Shown: positions 1 through 12,500 of the stretch, piece after piece
How the letters are laid out: every line of letters starts with the position of its first letter
Position numbering within the stretch: the first letter of the stretch is position 1
Assembly: GCA_002633005.1 (NCBI GenBank)
Contig: NMRA01000026.1
Span: forward strand, 977,934 to 1,039,213
Source: Phoronis australis
Taxonomy: Eukaryota > Animalia > Phoronida
Direction: 5' to 3'
Length of the DNA stretch: 61,280 bases
Notes under the pieces: model-generated
What the model was told of the DNA's origin: nothing
The model's input: only the letters and a program-made list of their open reading frames with translations
The model's database searches: none
Program-made: the position numbers and the translations under genes

Positions 1-3000
1 CACCGATCTCTGGCCCCGGTGGACTTGTTCCACTACACCCAGGCTCGACAGTTGGGCAGGTACAGAGGCGACCCCAACCAGCTGGTGTCCGGCCACTTGG
101 CGGTGACTATGCCCAGTCTGTTTGGAGAGAAAGACTATAATTTGGGCAAAATCAACAAGGTGTTCACTGCCCAGTGGCTATCTAGCAAACAGGTGGTGAT
201 GGGTACAAAGTGCAATAAGGTACTGTATGCATTGTTTTAATTATTACGCTTTTTCTGTTGCTGTGTACTTAGCGTGAGGCTCATGCCTGTAACATCTCGC
301 CAACATCAGTCTGACATAATTTAGCAAAATTGTCCTTCCTCCTATTGCATATAGGTTTCGAATATTGTTGCAATTGCCCACAGTTTCTCAAAACATTGTC
401 TGATGGTGGCCAGGCCTTTATGCAGCGTATGTCCTGAGCATCCAAATGGACGCCCTAGCACTAATCTGGACTCCCTGGCAAGGATGCCCAATGTATCATT
501 TGGCCGCCCGCTGTCAATAGGAACCTTTCAAGTTTGGACTCACACATTGTAATGAATACTAGGAAGCCTCTGAAGGCTCACAGTGGGCTCTTTTTTCAAA
601 GCAGGAAGAAATATACAGTGTATATACAAAGTATATGCATTGTTGCTATTTTGACACTTGATTGACAGCATTGTAAAAGTCTTGGTCTACACAGTTTTTT
701 TTAGTAAAAATGCTCACCATAGAAGGCTGTAAAAACCTTGATCTATGCATTTTTTGTAACAAAATCTGTGTGTTTGGGGGTATTGCTGGGAGTGGGGGGT
801 TACGTGTCGGAATCATGGACGCCCTGGAATATTGGGAACCCCATTTTGGACACCCTATTTTCAAAATCCTGGATAAAGGCCTGATGGTGGCTATGGCACA
901 GCACTTAAGAATGATAAATCATTTATTTAGGACTCTGCCACTTATGTTTTTTGTTTAATTAAAAAATAAACTTAAAAGGTTCACTTGTAAACCATATCAT
1001 GTCTTAAGTTGCTTAGATTTTACTGTAGTATTAGAATAATGCACAGGCATGTGTGCCTAGTCGTGGGTTATCAGCGCGCTCAGTGATCCCATGTGGCTGT
1101 CTTGAACGAGATGTTTTGTCCTTTTTATCAATTTTCACTGATTTAATAGTTAATAGTTAAGTGGAATTCATGTCAACAACTTCTATGTCGAAATGGTTAA
1201 AGTTAAGTTTCCTGCTTGTAATATTTTAGATAATCTCTCCTCGGCTTTACTCAGCAAAATAGTTTTTGTCTGTTGTCGCATTTGCAAAGTAAGTTTTCGC
1301 GAAAAGTCATTTTTGTTGAGAAATTTGAGAACATGAAATTTCTCCTGTCTGTCATGTTGTGTCCTATACTGAAGAATTTTCACAATATTGCTTTGTTGTT
1401 CTACAGATCATGGTACTGGACCTGGTCAGTGGTCAGCTGGAGCATATACACAGTCTGAAGAGTAGCGATGAGAGTATACCAGCGGAGTGTCCCTGTGGTA
1501 TACACTCCATAGTCATCAATCCATCCAAGAGTCTTGTAGCCACTGGGGCGGAGTACACCAACGACCTGGCTATCTATCGTCTGCCGACCTTTGATCCTGT
1601 CTGTCTAGGGGAGGTATGATGATTTCGCATGGCGTGCATGTCATGAGGCTAGGTTCATACGATTGCAGGGGGTCATGGGAGTGAAAAGCAAATGAGTTTT
1701 ACGCGTAAAATCATGACCTTACTAATGCGGAGAAGTAACATGGCCACTATTGTTTGGATAAGTAATGGGAGAAAGTTACCCAGAATTCCCGGTCATGAGG
1801 AGTGAGCACTAAGCAGAGTTCACTGGCGTAACAGCTTTCCGTCATGTCTTGGAAGGAATGGAAATTTGCTGGATTGTTAGCGAGGTGAAGATGCCAGTAA
1901 TTTTCGTTGTAAACGGAATTGGCTGCTGGGAAAACAGTGTTTTGTCTGATGACTTTGGTGAATCCACGATCTTTTTGATTTGGAAGCAAATGCTCTGCCT
2001 CTAGACCACGCTGTGCATTTCATTTGATTTTCTTATTGCTCTGTTCTTGTCTGTGACAGCTTCCAATTTATACTTGCTATATTTTTGTTTTAATGTTTCA
2101 GGGAGGTCACACAGATTGGATATTTGATATCAAATGGTTGGACGACCAATTTTTAGTCACAGGTAGGTAGACTCCAACAGTTACAGCTAAAGCAGCGTTT
2201 AGCGCGGTTTGGGATGGTAAAAATTGTCATAGCTTGCTAAGTGAACAATCCGAATCCATGTCTTAAAATGGGCAAAAATTGCAATTTATCATAGGGAAGT
2301 GTGTCATTTTTTGCTTTTAACATTATTTTCCAGAAAAGCTTGTACATATGATTGCTTGAAATATACCTTTTTATGGTCGATGCGTAAAGAAACATATCCC
2401 AGATTTTGTAGCAAACTTGCGTGAGCACAATAAGACAGACGTTTCTCAATATATGTTGGCAAAACACGTTCTCAAATGACAATTTATCGTTATTTTTATT
2501 TAATATTAACATAAAGAGCCTTTCAATTTTTAGTGAATACCACTTACCATAACATTGAAAAATCGTTCTCAAATTAGTCCTGTAGTCAAACTGGATGTAA
2601 TTCCAGGTTGGCGAAAAAAATGGCAGTTCAGTATTGCTGGAGACAAGGATCTACAAGTTGGCTTGTTGTAGCATGTCGTTTTATGTGCCATGTATGGAGT
2701 AATGAACTGTCAGTTCTTTGCAAACCAAAAAGAAAACATTCATTTGTCGAGTAACAAACTGAGTCCAGTTTTGGAATGATAACGGGTCTAAATCGAAATA
2801 TTACTTTCTTGGACGTAATGCAAATTTGTTGCCACTTGAAAACATAATGATGAGAGAACCTCAACCCTTCTGTGGTAGACTCCGCTCTGTGGGCCTATGT
2901 TGTCAAATGTGGGAAGTCGAGTCTTAGCTACGGCAGTTGAATGTAATTTCGATTTTACTTTCTGAATTGCTTGCGTTAATGTGGCGCGTGAAGGCAGTCG

Positions 3001-5895
3001 TCATGACTGAGTCCTGTTCATAAAATGTCACGCTAGTGGACAACAGTGTAAGTGTATGCCGTTTTTCCTAAATTCCTATTACTGCAGGTTCCAGGGACAA
3101 CCACATGGCACTGTGGTGTATAAAGGACGACGAGGACTGTAGCTACCCCTGTATGAAGAGTCTTCACGTTCCTGAGTACAGCATACAGAAGCCTGTTATA
3201 GTTAAGTCGTGTAAAAAGGCGGAGAAAGTGCGGGCACTCGCTTACAATGAGCCTGGGCAGGTAACGAGAAGATGAAATCGTGCTACGTTACAAATGAAAT
3301 ATCTTGGAGATGCTTTGACATCTGTTTTTAGCAGCTATCCTATAGATGGCGCTGCATCTCACCAACGTATGTCAAGATGATAGGAGCTGTGAAGCCCATA
3401 GTTTTCTCAAAGATATTGCTCTGATCGATTATTTTTCGGAAATAGGTGTGCGGAGTGCAAGACCAAATTTCTGTCACTTTCATGAAACAGACTCTTAGTT
3501 TCCGAGGAATAAGTAAAAAAAATGTGTCGTGATCTCCACAAAACTTTCAGAATATGCATTTTCTCTAAATGAGGGTTGCACCTCTGGAACTGCATACTAG
3601 GCGATTGGTGCATTAGCACTGAATGGCTACCTCTATCTCTAGAACTGTTCCATGTATTTGTAGGAGATTGGTGAGTTGTCTCTAAATGACTACATGTATT
3701 GCTAGGACTGTTTCATGTATTTGTAAGAGATTGGTGCGTTATCTTTGAATCGCTACCTGTATCGCATCCTCTTACATTAAATGGCTCTGTTGTAGTATTT
3801 ATTCAGTACACTGAAGCAAGTCCTTTAGCTTCAACTACTAAACTCCATCTGTCTCCCAGTCTTCTACCCAAATTATAATAATGCACTTACATAATGATTG
3901 GCTAAGAAAAATCACATGATCTTATCTAACCCTATCATTGACTGCTACGATCTGATTTTCCTGGAATTCCCAGAACAAAAAAGATAAACATGTATCATAT
4001 ATATCACGTAGGTATCAAAGGTGCAGGTAAACATGGTTGATGCCTTGATTTAAAAGTTAAAATGCACAAATTTTGGGCAACTTCAATGGAACTTACTCTA
4101 CAAATTACGTAATCAATATTATTCTGTCAATATGATATTGATGCGTTATCTCTGAATAGCTATCTGTATCGAGGGGTCTGTTTCACATATTTGTAGGAGA
4201 TAGGTTGCGATATTTCAGAATAACTACCTGTATCTCTGGGACTGTTTCATGTATTCATAGGAGATTGGTGCTTTGTCTCAGAATAGCTACCTGTATCTCT
4301 GCGACTGTTTCGCGTATTTGTAGGAGATTGGTGCGTTATCTCTGAATGACTACCTGTATCGCTGGGACTATTTCGTGTATTTGTAGGAGATTGGTGCACT
4401 ATCTCTTAATGGCTATCTGCATCTCTGGGACATCGGTACATTCAAACAGAAACAGCACAAGAAACTGACCTACACTCGGGAGAATGTATGCATGGCATAC
4501 AGTTCACAGAGAGGTCTGTACGCGCTGGGGTCGCAGTCTCATGTGACTCTATTGGACCCGCGGACGATGAAGAATTCGCAGTGTATTCTATCGAAGCAGA
4601 GGAGATGTGGTGGGTTTTTAAGGACATGTGAGACCTCGTAGACGTGTCGGTATATTTCACCAAATATCTAGAAAATTACAGATTTTAACTAGTAGCATTT
4701 GATTTTTGACTTTATCTTTTTCTAATGACATACCAGGTGGTCTTAAGTCTTGGGCGTACTTCAATTTAAATGTACATAATTTTCAAAGCGCTTATTTAAG
4801 CAAGTACTGTTCCAAAACAAGATTCGGATTCTTGTTTTTCTTATTATTATTATGTACTTTGCAGGTATTCGTTCAGTGAGTTTCAACGAGAACGTTGTTA
4901 CCATTGGTACAGGTGCAGGCGCGGTGCTGTTCCATGACATCAGGGCGCGTAAATACCTAGAGTGCAGCTGCGGACACGCCTGTATGCTCACCGCTGGCAA
5001 GGGATGGCTGGTCAGTTAGTTATAATAACGTTTCAGTGGCTGTGGCTTATTCAAGTATGGCCAATGTAAAGTGATTTTTGACGAGTGGCAAACCTTAAGC
5101 CTTAGGCTCATTTCACTGACCATTAATTTAAACGAATAAATAAAACAAATATACAGAGCAGTAATGGTACAGTAATTCTTCAGTTCAGGCTATGCGTAAA
5201 GCAGTCTCAACACAAAGGTCTTTTTCTAGATGAAACAATTTTAAGTCTAAAGAAGGCACGGGAGACTTAACAAACTTATTTTGCAAAATCAAAGTTCATA
5301 AAGCTATGTGTTGTTGACATTTTCCCACTTCAGGCTGATTACGGATGAGTTGAACTTTTTTAAAACCATGTACTTGTATTATCTTATGTTTCAAGGCAGT
5401 GTCATCGCATTATTTTCTTTACAATATATCACCTGGAATTCCCTCAGATGATCAACTGCTTTGAAAACACCGTGCTGTGACCGGAAGCAATTTAATGGGC
5501 CTAGTCTGAAGCAGGAGTAGTCAGTTCTTCTCAAGGCTGGAAATCATTTCAAATCTGAGGAAAGAACTAGATAAGCCATGTTTAATGTTGGGTTTTGACA
5601 GAGGATGCTTGTTTATTGCCCCAGCCTTCAAATTCACACATCTGTTGAGTGGCAAGTTCCCAATCTCGATTGATGTACAAGAAATATTCCAACAGTTTGA
5701 TTTTTTTGGATTGTTGACGATTTTGTTTTTTTTGGACAGCTCCATGACGACACTTATCGGGACTTCTTCACCGACCAAGAGTACCCCAACGCCATCTACA
5801 CGCACTGCTATGACGAATCAGGCACCAAGCTGTTCACAGCTGGAGGTCCACTGCCGGCGGGACTCTGGGGAAATTATGGTGCAGTGTGGCAGTGA
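1..5895 (+). CDS. DCAF12: DDB1- and CUL4-associated factor 12 (WD40), 5'-partial; coding exons <1-219, 1407-1613, 2102-2162, 3088-3260, 4387-4609, 4865-5010, 5740-5895
   Basis: All exons join by GT-AG in consistent phase. Peptides [74 protein letters not shown] and [37 protein letters not shown] match DCAF12 as recalled. Confidence 0.96.
3595..4430 (+). repeat. 63-bp tandem repeat of the DCAF12 acceptor plus exon start (about 7 decoy copies in two blocks, then the real junction)
   Basis: The unit gtatttgtag|gagattggtgcgttatctctgaatgactacctgtatc(t/g)ctgggactgtttc recurs at about 3601, 3664, 3727, 4133, 4197, 4261 and 4324; the true exon starts at 4387. Confidence 0.9.
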
Positions 5896-6459
5896 CCCTG
5901 TGAAAACTTGATGAAAATAATTATGGTAGTGTTGACCTTTGACACAGAGTTCATGCCGTGTGATTGGATGGTTAGTAACACCATGTGTGATTGAGTGAAC
6001 ATATGTCTGCTGTGCGGAATTGAATACCATGCTTTGCTTTCTGTTTTGATGTCCTCTGGATGGAGTTTGTCTAACAGAAGTGCCATAAATACTCGTTCAT
6101 TTTTTAAAGTTAGGCTTCAAAGATGGGAGTTATATAACTGAGGCAAAATACGTATAGTTTCAGGCTGGAGAGGGGTTGTTATGTTATTACTGTGGTAGTC
6201 ATATATTGATATACATTGTACACATTAAGTGCTTATGGCGTGTCTCTTTAACATCTCGTATTGACATCACTGCCGGGAACTGCGACTGCATTAGGCAGAG
6301 ACCGTCTTAATGTAATTCCCTTTTTGTTGCTAATAATGTCATTTTGTTTGTAAACACCAGTTTTTATCCATAAGATTGTTTATGTCTTAACTGGTGTTGA
6401 CTATCACTCATTGTATACTGTAGGTGCTGTGTATTACCTGGTCCACTTATGACATTCAA

Positions 6460-7400
6460 CTTGGTACGCGCCCACGCGTTTATGCGTGGGCTCGTTATAT
6501 CTTCGTCCCTATTCGTCCGTCCAATCATCTGTTGCTGTATCTTCCAAACCTCGTGATGTACGTTCATGAAATCTGCATGCGTATTCCTTTCATGGAAATA
6601 ACGGCATGAGCGAATTTTTGGCTGGATCCAACTACCGGTGTTGCTCCTGGTGGCAGTTTTTGTGTTTTACAGCCTCCGATTCTTTCGAGTTCCTAAATGG
6701 ATTTTCATGAAATTTGACCAATATGTATCTGTTAGGGAGACGGCAGCACTTTTCTGTTGGATGTGACGTATTTTGCACCACCTAATGGCTATTGTTTCTT
6801 GTTTTCCTGTTTTTTTTTTGCCAGTCGCCTCTCCTACCTGCCAAACCACTCCAAGGATGATCATGAAATAGACACGTTCCTGCTTGAACGAGGACAGCTT
6901 ACTATAATTTCGGATGACTCCGACTACTGTGTTGGCGTCTAGTGGAATTTTTTTTTGTGTCCATGGTTGTGTCTCCTAAACCCTCAGCAGGATCTTCGTG
7001 GAATTTGGGAAGTGGATTTGTGTGAATGTAACAAGGGATGAAGACGACTTTTGGATGTATCTGACTATCATTGTGTCCCCTTATGGCAAATGTGTTTTTT
7101 TTACATTTTCCTCTGTATCTTCGGAGTGCTTTAACAGATTTTCATGAATTTTGGCAATATGTTTCCATTAAAGAGATGATAATACCTTCCCACTGCCACC
7201 TATTGGCCTTTTTTATTTTTTGAGTTTTTGTCACCAGCCTTTCTCTTGTGTAGGCATCATTGTGAAAACTGGCATGCGTTTCTTACAGGAAGTACATACC
7301 TGATGATGATTTTCAGACATGTCCGAGTGCTGTGGCACCCTCTAGTGGCAATTGTTTTCTGCCTGTTGCTAAATATCTATGAAATTCTTTGTCTTGTGGG
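6460..7400 (+). mobile_element. Helentron/DINE-1 (HINE)-like non-autonomous element with internal degenerate repeats
   Basis: 5' hairpin cccacgcgtttatgcgtggg, a cgtccgtcc microsatellite, then about 130-160 bp degenerate units containing (g)cc(a/c)cctagtggc. The same family occurs at about 16570-17500 and 48780-49900. Confidence 0.5.
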
Positions 7401-9385
7401 AGAAAAAGTGACGAAGTGGAAAGCAATCGAAAGATCATTTTTTGAAATTTGAAACTAAAAGAAAATGCTGTGATATCAACTGAAATCAGAAATCGTTTCG
7501 AACAAATACCTGGTGAACAGGTTGAATTCTGTTACAGAGGCAGAGAACCACGTTCAGTATTGCAATTTAGTCTGTTTATGGCATTCCAGACCTCTTTAAA
7601 TGGAATGTTATCAATGAGCGAACGTTACAATCCAGGGTCCCGTTTTATCGAAGGTCTGGCATGGCCAAGATGATCTTATGCTCAGTTTTTATTGGAAAAC
7701 AGTTTATTAATGTGGATTACAAAGTTGGACTTTCAACTTGTATGTGAACTACAATCGCGTAGCAATGATTCTTTTTCAAAAAATGTACCTTAACCTTTGC
7801 AAAAACATGGCCACAACCTTACTAACATGGGTCTCTGGTTCATTCTACGTTGGTTCGACTCCACAGAAATTGTACAATGTACCTTGTGTGTTTGACAGAG
7901 TCTGCAATTTGCTTACTGTACACATTTGATATTTTCTGGACATGTTAATAGTGTTTGTTGTTAGTTTGTGTACATATTAGTTGACTATTACATTCAAGTT
8001 TTAATTCAATCCTGTTATTTATTTTCCATTGTTGTAACATTGATAAATGTTATTTTATTAATAAACCTTGTTCTGGCTAACGGGTTTTGTATTGTTTTGT
8101 TAAAAGGAACATTAAACACTGATGTGCGTAACAATCACTTATGATTAAACATGGGCGACGCACCATAGGGGGCTATAGCCCTCCACTTTTTCCAATGCTC
8201 CGGCACCCGTATTAAACATGCATTTTAACCTGTGAATCACAAATCCAGCTTATGAATCACCGTCAAACATGCATTCCAGGAAGTGATCATATCTTACTTT
8301 TACTTAAACAGGAAGCCTACCATACTGTCTTGGGTACCCACCCCAAATCAAAAACAAAACTTTCAAAAACACCCATGCTCAGTTGTAAGTCCACCCCCAA
8401 GTTATACATTCGTGACTTTCACTCCTGTCCTTGCACATTCTCATAATAAAAATTTCAAGTACCAAACCCACAAAGCAAACTGCATTTTCGATATTCTGGC
8501 ATTTCTGATTGGCTCTCGTGCATGTGAAGTAGCTTAATATTATATCAACTGCAGTCTGGATGTTAACTCAAATCGGTCATTTGGGCATCTTTGTTTTCAT
8601 TTCTTAAAATTTTCTTTTCAAAACGACATGCTTGACTTAGCACACACCAATTTTAGTTTCTTAATTCACAGAACCTGGATTAAGTGTGCACCAATACTGT
8701 AACATATTGCATCATATTGCATCATATGTAAGAATTCTATGCTTTACTATCAACGCTCGGAATGACCCACGTACATTATTTAGTTGAAGTGTATATTACA
8801 TAGAGCAGTCTCTTCACATTCACAAGATTTGAACTTATCACTGAAGAATAATCCGTTAACTGACAAACATGGATCAACATTATCAAGTGACAAGTCCCTT
8901 GCATGCAATGATCTTAGAATACAATTCTACAGAAATGCCCAAACCTACAGCTTAGTGATTGTATGTGAACTTGTAAAGTCGTTCTAACATATTGACCTTC
9001 AAATAGTTGGACAGAAACTCTCCTTGTTCCCACATTACGCCAAATATGTCCTTCGAATGTGGCTTTTAAACACTGAATTGGCAAAGCAAAAATGGTAACA
9101 AGAAAAGACGTGTAAGTCGCATCCGACAAGATCAAGATATTTCACGTAAGTAAGACAAAATTCGACTGAAAGGCTGAGTGAACGAACTAGACAAGCAAAT
9201 CAAGGAAACTAATCCGACTTAAGCAGAAATCCAACTTGTGCGTGTCTGACTTATGCAAGTTACATTGTATTGACTAGCAACAGAACTTTAATGCCCAAGA
9301 TGTCCAGAGCTCAGCGATCACGGCGTGTGATTAGAATTTGAAGTTGTAATGGCACAATGTGCACTTCAGAACTGATTCCTGAATA

Positions 9386-9530
9386 TGACACATTCAGTGA
9401 TCGATGGAAACTCCATATGACACTTTCACATTCAATGATCGATGGAAACTCCACATGACACTTTCACATTCAGTGATCGATGGAAACTCCATATGACACT
9501 TTCACATTCAATGATCGATGGAAACTCCAT
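9386..9530. repeat. 38-bp minisatellite (about 4 copies) in the PTAR1 3' UTR
   Basis: Unit gacactttcacattca(g/a)tgatcgatggaaactcca(t/c)at repeats with period 38. Confidence 0.92.
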
Positions 9531-9548
9531 AACACAGACACTACGGTA

Positions 9549-12500
9549 TCAACTGGGAACAGAGTCAAGTACACCGTACTGTTGACGAATCCACTTTAAG
9601 TAGTGAGCAGACAATCGATTGGGCAGCGTTTCGACAAGATGTTGTTCTCTCAACAGCGCAGCAGGGTCGAGCTGAGCCTTCTTCTGGAGTCCATGTGTTG
9701 ACGACTGTGACAGACGGGAGGACACAACGAAACGTCTAAAAATAACAAACAGAATGGTTAACCGTAACAGCAGTTTGTATTCACTATCACATGGTAGCAC
9801 ACAGTTTGTGAAAGTGGCTACAGTGCACCATTCCTTTTAACTAAACCAGCAAATTCAGCGGATATTACATATTAAGTACACACTATGCAATAACTAAACT
9901 TAGTTTAGTAATGACTGATTCAGGAACATAAAAGGTAGCCCAAAATCCGACATAAACAACGCTTTTAAGTTCCTATTCAAAATAATTATATTTTGAAAAA
10001 AAAATTTTTGCATACAGGTGTTTTGCACATAGACATGCATGCCCAAATTTCAATTTTAGGCACAGGTGCATGAGGTATTAAACTGGATATTTTTGTCTGT
10101 GCAATGTCAATTGCTTTTTGATTGGTTACTAAAACTTGAGAAATTATCAAAATTTACTATGGTAACACAAATGTACCTCAAATGCTACAAACATTTGTCT
10201 CTGCTTTTGTTTCTCAAATACAGACACAAGAGCCAGTATACTAATACTAATATTTCTAGAATTTCCAATTTTCAAAATTTAAGAGTGGATGCAACATTGA
10301 CCTATGGTACCACAATGCCTCATGGTCTGGGTAGTGCTGAATCATTTCTTGGCTCAGATCCAACTCCCTGTCAAACAGCTGTCCATCATCAATCAACCTG
10401 GACAGCATGTCTAACACAACGTGTCTGTAATGAAACCCGCTGTGATCAGAAACGTGCATCCAGACCCAACGCTCGTTAGATCGCAGTTCGTTATGTAGGA
10501 ATGTAATTGTGTGATCATTGTCACCGGAGAGGAACCGTTGCAGTGTCCATACACGGTGACTCCATGCGGAGTAGTTGGAGGCGTAACGCTCAGCGGCTCG
10601 CTGGCATACTCTCATCTCCTGGATCAACAGGTCCATCGTACAAGGGAGACAACTCCCTATGTTTTTGTTGGAAACATCTGTGAAAGTGGCCAGTATCCAT
10701 TTTCTACAAGGAAAAGCAGAGTAAAGATAGTCAGTTTAGAGTATGAGAGACTTAATATGCTTATGTCCAAATTTGGCGAACTTTGGAGTGTAGTCAGTAA
10801 TTGCTGCTCAGATTCATCTGAAACATTCTGTTTTAGGTTTTATGCAGTGTTCCCCAAAATGCTGTTAGGAATTGTTTTTAGAAGATTCCACTTATGGTGT
10901 ATGACAGACTACCAAATTCTACAGACTTTCTACTTTCAGAAAACATCTGTTTTTCCTGAGAGTTAAAGTACACAAATTTCAAGATATTTGTCTAAAGACG
11001 CAAATTTGTCAACAAGGTCCCGCCTAATCTTAACATTCACCAGGTGGCGCTAATGAATAAAGGCTCCTCTTGTCAGCACCAGAGTAGATAAAGAGCAGAA
11101 TGTAGCAAATCATCAGCATATGGGTTAATGGTCCCTAATGTGACTACCTGAATACATGCATGCATTTATACAGACAGGTCCATTATTGCACAAGCACTAC
11201 CTAGTGAATTTCAAGTCACCCATCAGAAGAAAACATTGAGTGACACAAATCTTAAGTCCCACTGCTATTAAGATTTTAATGAGTAAGACCACTTAGCTCA
11301 ATAAAGTTCTGGAATGAGAAACACTTAGAGATCATTGCAGAAGACTGAACTCACAATTAAGTCAGAATTTATAGACGTGACATGGCCAATGAAAGCAGTA
11401 TGAGATAGGGTGGTTCCATGATTGGATGCTAGATGGAGCTAGCAGTGGCTGTACTGGGACTTTAAACATGTCAGGTACTGAATGCAAATAAATAACACTG
11501 GGGGTAAATATTACAGAATTACACAACTGGGTATTGCTAGCCACACACAATGCGGGCAAGTGCAGCTTACCTGCATACAGTACCTGACATGTTTAAAGTC
11601 CAAGTACAGCTACTGCTAGCTCCATCTAACATCCAATCATGGAACCAGCCTCTACTCCAGAAAAAGCCACACTGAGTGTGGATAACCTGCGTGATGCGAG
11701 CAACTGAGCACATTTTCATTATTACTCTCCACACATGATGTAGCTTTGGCTCCAACTATAACATAATGGAAATCGGCCGGAACGGGATCACAGTGGCAGA
11801 CATAGACAATACAGCCCCAACTTAGGCCCTGCGCACAATGTGACAACTCACTGTGCACCGATTAAGCCTAACGCCCCATTATGTGCAGCTGTCTTAATGA
11901 AGTGAACATAGAAGCAAGTCACCTGTGAGTGAATGTCTCAGGACTCTTGGGGTGCTTCCCAAGTACTAGAGATGTGAATGTCAGCTCCTGCGCAGGCGTG
12001 ATGGCTTTTGCTAGGAGGAGACTCTTCCTGTCAACACAAAGCAGATTACAGTTTTATGTTCACAGTATATTATGACCTGCAGATATCACTAGGTCAAAGG
12101 TCAAGGCCACATTACCTGTAGTGGGCAAAACGTGTAGTACACCGCAACATTTGATATAGCACTATTTTTACATTAGAAGATTAAGACAGTGGATTTTCAC
12201 TTTGAATTGAAAAACAGTTTCAGTAACTTTCTAATCAGTTTTAATTTTCAAGTGATATCCTAAGACCATAAAAGACGCAGTCTCGCAATAAAAAAACAGT
12301 GACAGACAACCATAACTAACCTTATATTCCAAACGGTGTAGCATTCAGAGTTAATAAGAAGAATGACTCTAGTTAACCGCACCTTGTCTTCATCACCTGA
12401 AAATGCACCATTGAGAATGGAACATACGACTAACATGTGACAAACATGTTGCAAAGAATAAAGCCATATGCAATACTAATGCTAGAGACATAGTGCAATA

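Noticed and set aside
10066-10966. 137-aa and 151-aa plus-strand ORFs
   Set aside because: Antisense to a PTAR1 exon and its introns, with no recognisable protein features.
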